A stretch of DNA of 64,000 bases from Massalongia carnosa (taxonomy: Eukaryota), in contig OZ287080.1 in assembly GCA_965645245.1 (NCBI GenBank), forward strand, positions 682,001 through 746,000. The letters run 5' to 3'. Every line of letters starts with the position of its first letter. The first letter of the stretch is position 1. Below the pieces are notes generated by a model. That model was not told where the DNA came from. It ran no database searches and worked only from the letters and a program-made list of their open reading frames with translations. Positions 60,884 to 64,000 of the stretch are shown here, piece after piece. The translations under genes were made by a program, and so were the position numbers.

Positions 60884-63800
60884 TCTCTGCACATCGTCGC
60901 GTGCAGGGACTCCCCCCCCTTCTCATTTCCTCATGTTTGATGGCCAGTTTTTCCCCCTCTTTGAGATCCAATACGCGATTTTCCGCAGCCTCCGCTTTGG
61001 AGCTGTTTGAATCAGATAAGACGTTCAGAGACAGTCACATGGTGATGACAGGTATCTTGCGATTATCTAGATCTAGGATTAGAACGTATAATCTAATTGA
61101 TTGTGGTGCATCTGGCTTTTCATTCATCGATGAGAAATTTGCGCATACTAACCAAATTCCCCTTCATCTTCTCAAATATCCCCGCCGGCTCGAAGGATTC
61201 GACGGCCAAAGGGCTCTATCCGGCAATATCACTCATGTGGCCGAAATCACCATGGATCTAGAAGGTCATGTAGAAAAACTCTTTCTATATGTCACCGGGT
61301 TAAAAAATTATCCCATTATCCTGGGCCATCCATGGCTCCGCCGGCATAACGCCATAGCCGATTTTGGGCATAATACGCTCACCTTTGCCTCCCCCTACTG
61401 CCTCACTCACTGTTGCCCCCACCCCGTCAAGCTTCAAGCCGTTGAGGAAGAATTCCTCACCCCAGCCGAGAGTCGAAAAATCTGGGATGAAGAGATCCTC
61501 GAAGACGCCCTAGGAAAAGTTATCAATCAAGACACGTCTATCAGAACGTCGATAACTTCTCTAGAAGAGGGGGAAGAAATTCCCACAATCAAAAATTCCA
61601 TTCCTGACAATCCCGTCAAAATCGAGGAATCCATCCCTTTGTTCAAAACCGCGCCGCGCGATTTCACCTTAATCAAACCCGAAATCAATGAACCCGAACC
61701 CCAGCCTCAAAACCCCACCGATGAACCCAGTCGCATTGAAAATGCAATCCAGCAAGGGCTTCCCCCCCCGAAAATCCGATACCGAAGCCCGTCCAAATTG
61801 CGGACATCCACCCAAAGACGTGCTCATCAAGCAGCACGCAAAACCACCCCGCAGATGAATGTCTGCGAAATCGGAGCTATCTCCTTCAATCGACTGACTC
61901 GGAAGAAAAACCACGATAGTTTCGCCCTGTCCATGAAAGAAATTGACCTCTTTCTAGGAAAAACCAACCCCGAACCTCTAGTAATGAAAGCCTCACCTAG
62001 TTCAGGCCCCGATTTGATCGAAAAAGCCAAAAAACCCAGCCCAGCCTACCAACCATTGCCATCTCGAGCAAGCCCGCACGAGAAAGAAATCCACCTAGCC
62101 TTATTTAAGATGAATAAGGCCCTAACCCTAGCCACCGCCGTGACTCGTGAAGAGTTAGACGCTTACCGAGAAAGTAAGAACGTCGACCCAGCCCCCCTTC
62201 TGCCCAAGCAATACCACGAATTCCTAGATGTCTTCTCGAAGAAGAAATCCGAAGACTTGCCCCCCCGCCGTCCCTACGATCATGCCATAAACCTGAAAGA
62301 AGGTACGCAGGCCCCTAGTCAGGCCCTGTATGGTATGATTCGTACCGAAATCGAGGAGCTCCGCCGCTACCTCGACGAAAATCTAGCCAAGGGATTTATT
62401 CGGGCTAGTCGCTCCCACGCCGCCTCCCCGGTGATGTTCGTGAAAAAGCCAGGTGGGGGACTTCGATTTTGCGTGGATTATCGTGCTCTGAATGCCATCA
62501 CGATTAAGGATCGCTATCCGCTGCCCTTGATCGCCGAGACCCTGCACCAATTAATCAAAGCCAAGATATTCACCAAGATAGACATCATCGCCGCCTTCAA
62601 TATGCTCCGCATACGAGAAGGAGACGAAGAACTCACCGCTTTTCGCACTCGTTTCGGCCTTTTCGAGTCCTTGGTCCTACCCTTCGGCCTATGCAACGGG
62701 CCCGCCTCATTTCAGCACTTCATCAACGATACGCTTCACGAGTATCTTGCTGACTTTTGCACTGCGTACCTAGATGATATCCTCATCTACAGTGACAATG
62801 AGCTGGAGCACGAGGTCCACGTCAAAAAAATCCTGTCTCGACTCCGAGATGCAGGCCTGCAAGCCGACATCACCAAGTGCAAGTTCCATGTCACCGAAAT
62901 TGCATACCTAGGGATGATCGTGACCACCGAAGGGATAAAAATGGACCCGGCCAAGGTGGAAACCGTCGTCAATTGGCCAAACCTCGTCAATGTGAAAGAT
63001 GTGCAAAGCTTTCTGGGTATTGCTAACTTTTATAGACGATTCGTGTATGGGTTTAGCGACATAGCTGGCCCCCTAACCAACCTGACCAAGAAGGAGACGG
63101 AATTCCTGTGGACTGACAAATGCCAATTGGCATTCGAAATGCTGAAAAAAGCTTTCACCTCCGATGTCATTCTCAGGCATTTCGACCCCGATCGTCCCAT
63201 CATCGTCGAAACCGATGCCTCCGACTATGTTTCGGGGGGCATTCTTTCTCAATACGACGATGATGGGATACTTCACCCCGTCGCCTACTTCTCAAAGAAG
63301 CACAATCCCGCCGAGTGCAACTACGAGATCTATGACAAAGAACTGATGGCAATCGTTCGATGTTTTGAAGAATGGCGACCCGAACTAGAAGGATCTGCCT
63401 TCCCCATCAGCGTCATATCCGACCACAAAAACCTGGAGTATTTTGCCTCCACCAAGCAGCTCAGCCGTCGCCAAGCTAGATGGAGCGAATTTCTCTCTCG
63501 ATTTGACTTCAAGATAGTCTATCGACCAGGAAAAGCCGGAGGAAAACCGGACGCTCTAACTCGTCGATCGGGAGATCTTCCTAAAGAAGGGGATGATACG
63601 GACGAGCGAAGGAAATTTCAACACCAAACCATTTTGAAAACCGAAAACCTGGATGAGGAAGTCGCAAAAAGTTATTTGCGATCCATTCTTCTGGCACCAG
63701 CTTTCCTAGATGATGCAGATATCGAAGAAGCAGAACCTCAGCTAGATGAGGACCTCATCGATCCCGATGAGGATATCTCCACGGAGCTCCTCTGGGAACA

Positions 63801-64000
63801 AGCCCTGACACGAGACCAATTCGCCCCCGAAGTCCTGGGAGCCCTTCGTAATAACGAGAGGCATCACAATCGAATCCAATTAGCCGAATGCGAAGATAGG
63901 GACGGTATCTTGTATTTTCGAAACAAGAAATACGTACCTCGATCCGATCGTCTGAGGCTTCGTATCATTCAACTCGCTCACGATAGCGTCGCCGGCGGAC
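60871..64000 (+). CDS. pol: Pol (protease, RT, RNase H, start of integrase) in the -1 frame relative to gag; no stop seen before the window end
   Basis: LIDCGASGFSFID, LRFCVDYRALN, KDRYPLPLI, PFGLCNGPASFQ, YLDDILIYS, ETDASDY, NYEIYDKELMAI, DHKNLEYF, KPDALTR and IIQLAHDS. Confidence 0.92.

Larger units (their letters stand above)
59178..64000 (+). mobile_element. Ty3/gypsy LTR retrotransposon (Tf1/Maggy-like), continuing beyond the window
   Basis: 5' LTR, gag, and pol in PR-RT-RH-IN order. Confidence 0.95.

Overview
Fungal (Pezizomycotina ascomycete) genomic DNA with short GT-AG introns. About 17 protein-coding genes lie between 1 and 53.2 kb: a choline-kinase-like 5' end, a small secreted peptide precursor, RPS18, SDO1/SBDS, a HAD phosphatase ending in a PTS1, a conserved hypothetical protein, carboxypeptidase Y, a Zn2Cys6 transcription factor, a small conserved protein, a ~1030-aa DPR-repeat dehydrin-like protein, a GT25 glycosyltransferase, an 8-Cys hydrophobin-like protein, HSP104, an aquaporin, a possible small secreted ORF, RDH54/RAD54B and NRDE2. 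A transposon cluster follows at 53.7-64 kb: an intact piggyBac-like transposase, a decayed Fot1/pogo element, a second pogo relic and a Ty3/gypsy LTR element with an apparent self-priming PBS and a -1 frameshift site. The most striking unannotated feature is an ~840-bp non-coding retroposon (14847-15684, minus strand) in the carboxypeptidase Y promoter. It has a 14-bp target-site duplication, a long A-rich tail, 3' stem-loops and internal 59-bp repeats, and its 5' end folds into an HDV/CPEB3-like self-cleaving ribozyme. All calls were made by eye; no database searches or folding programs were run.
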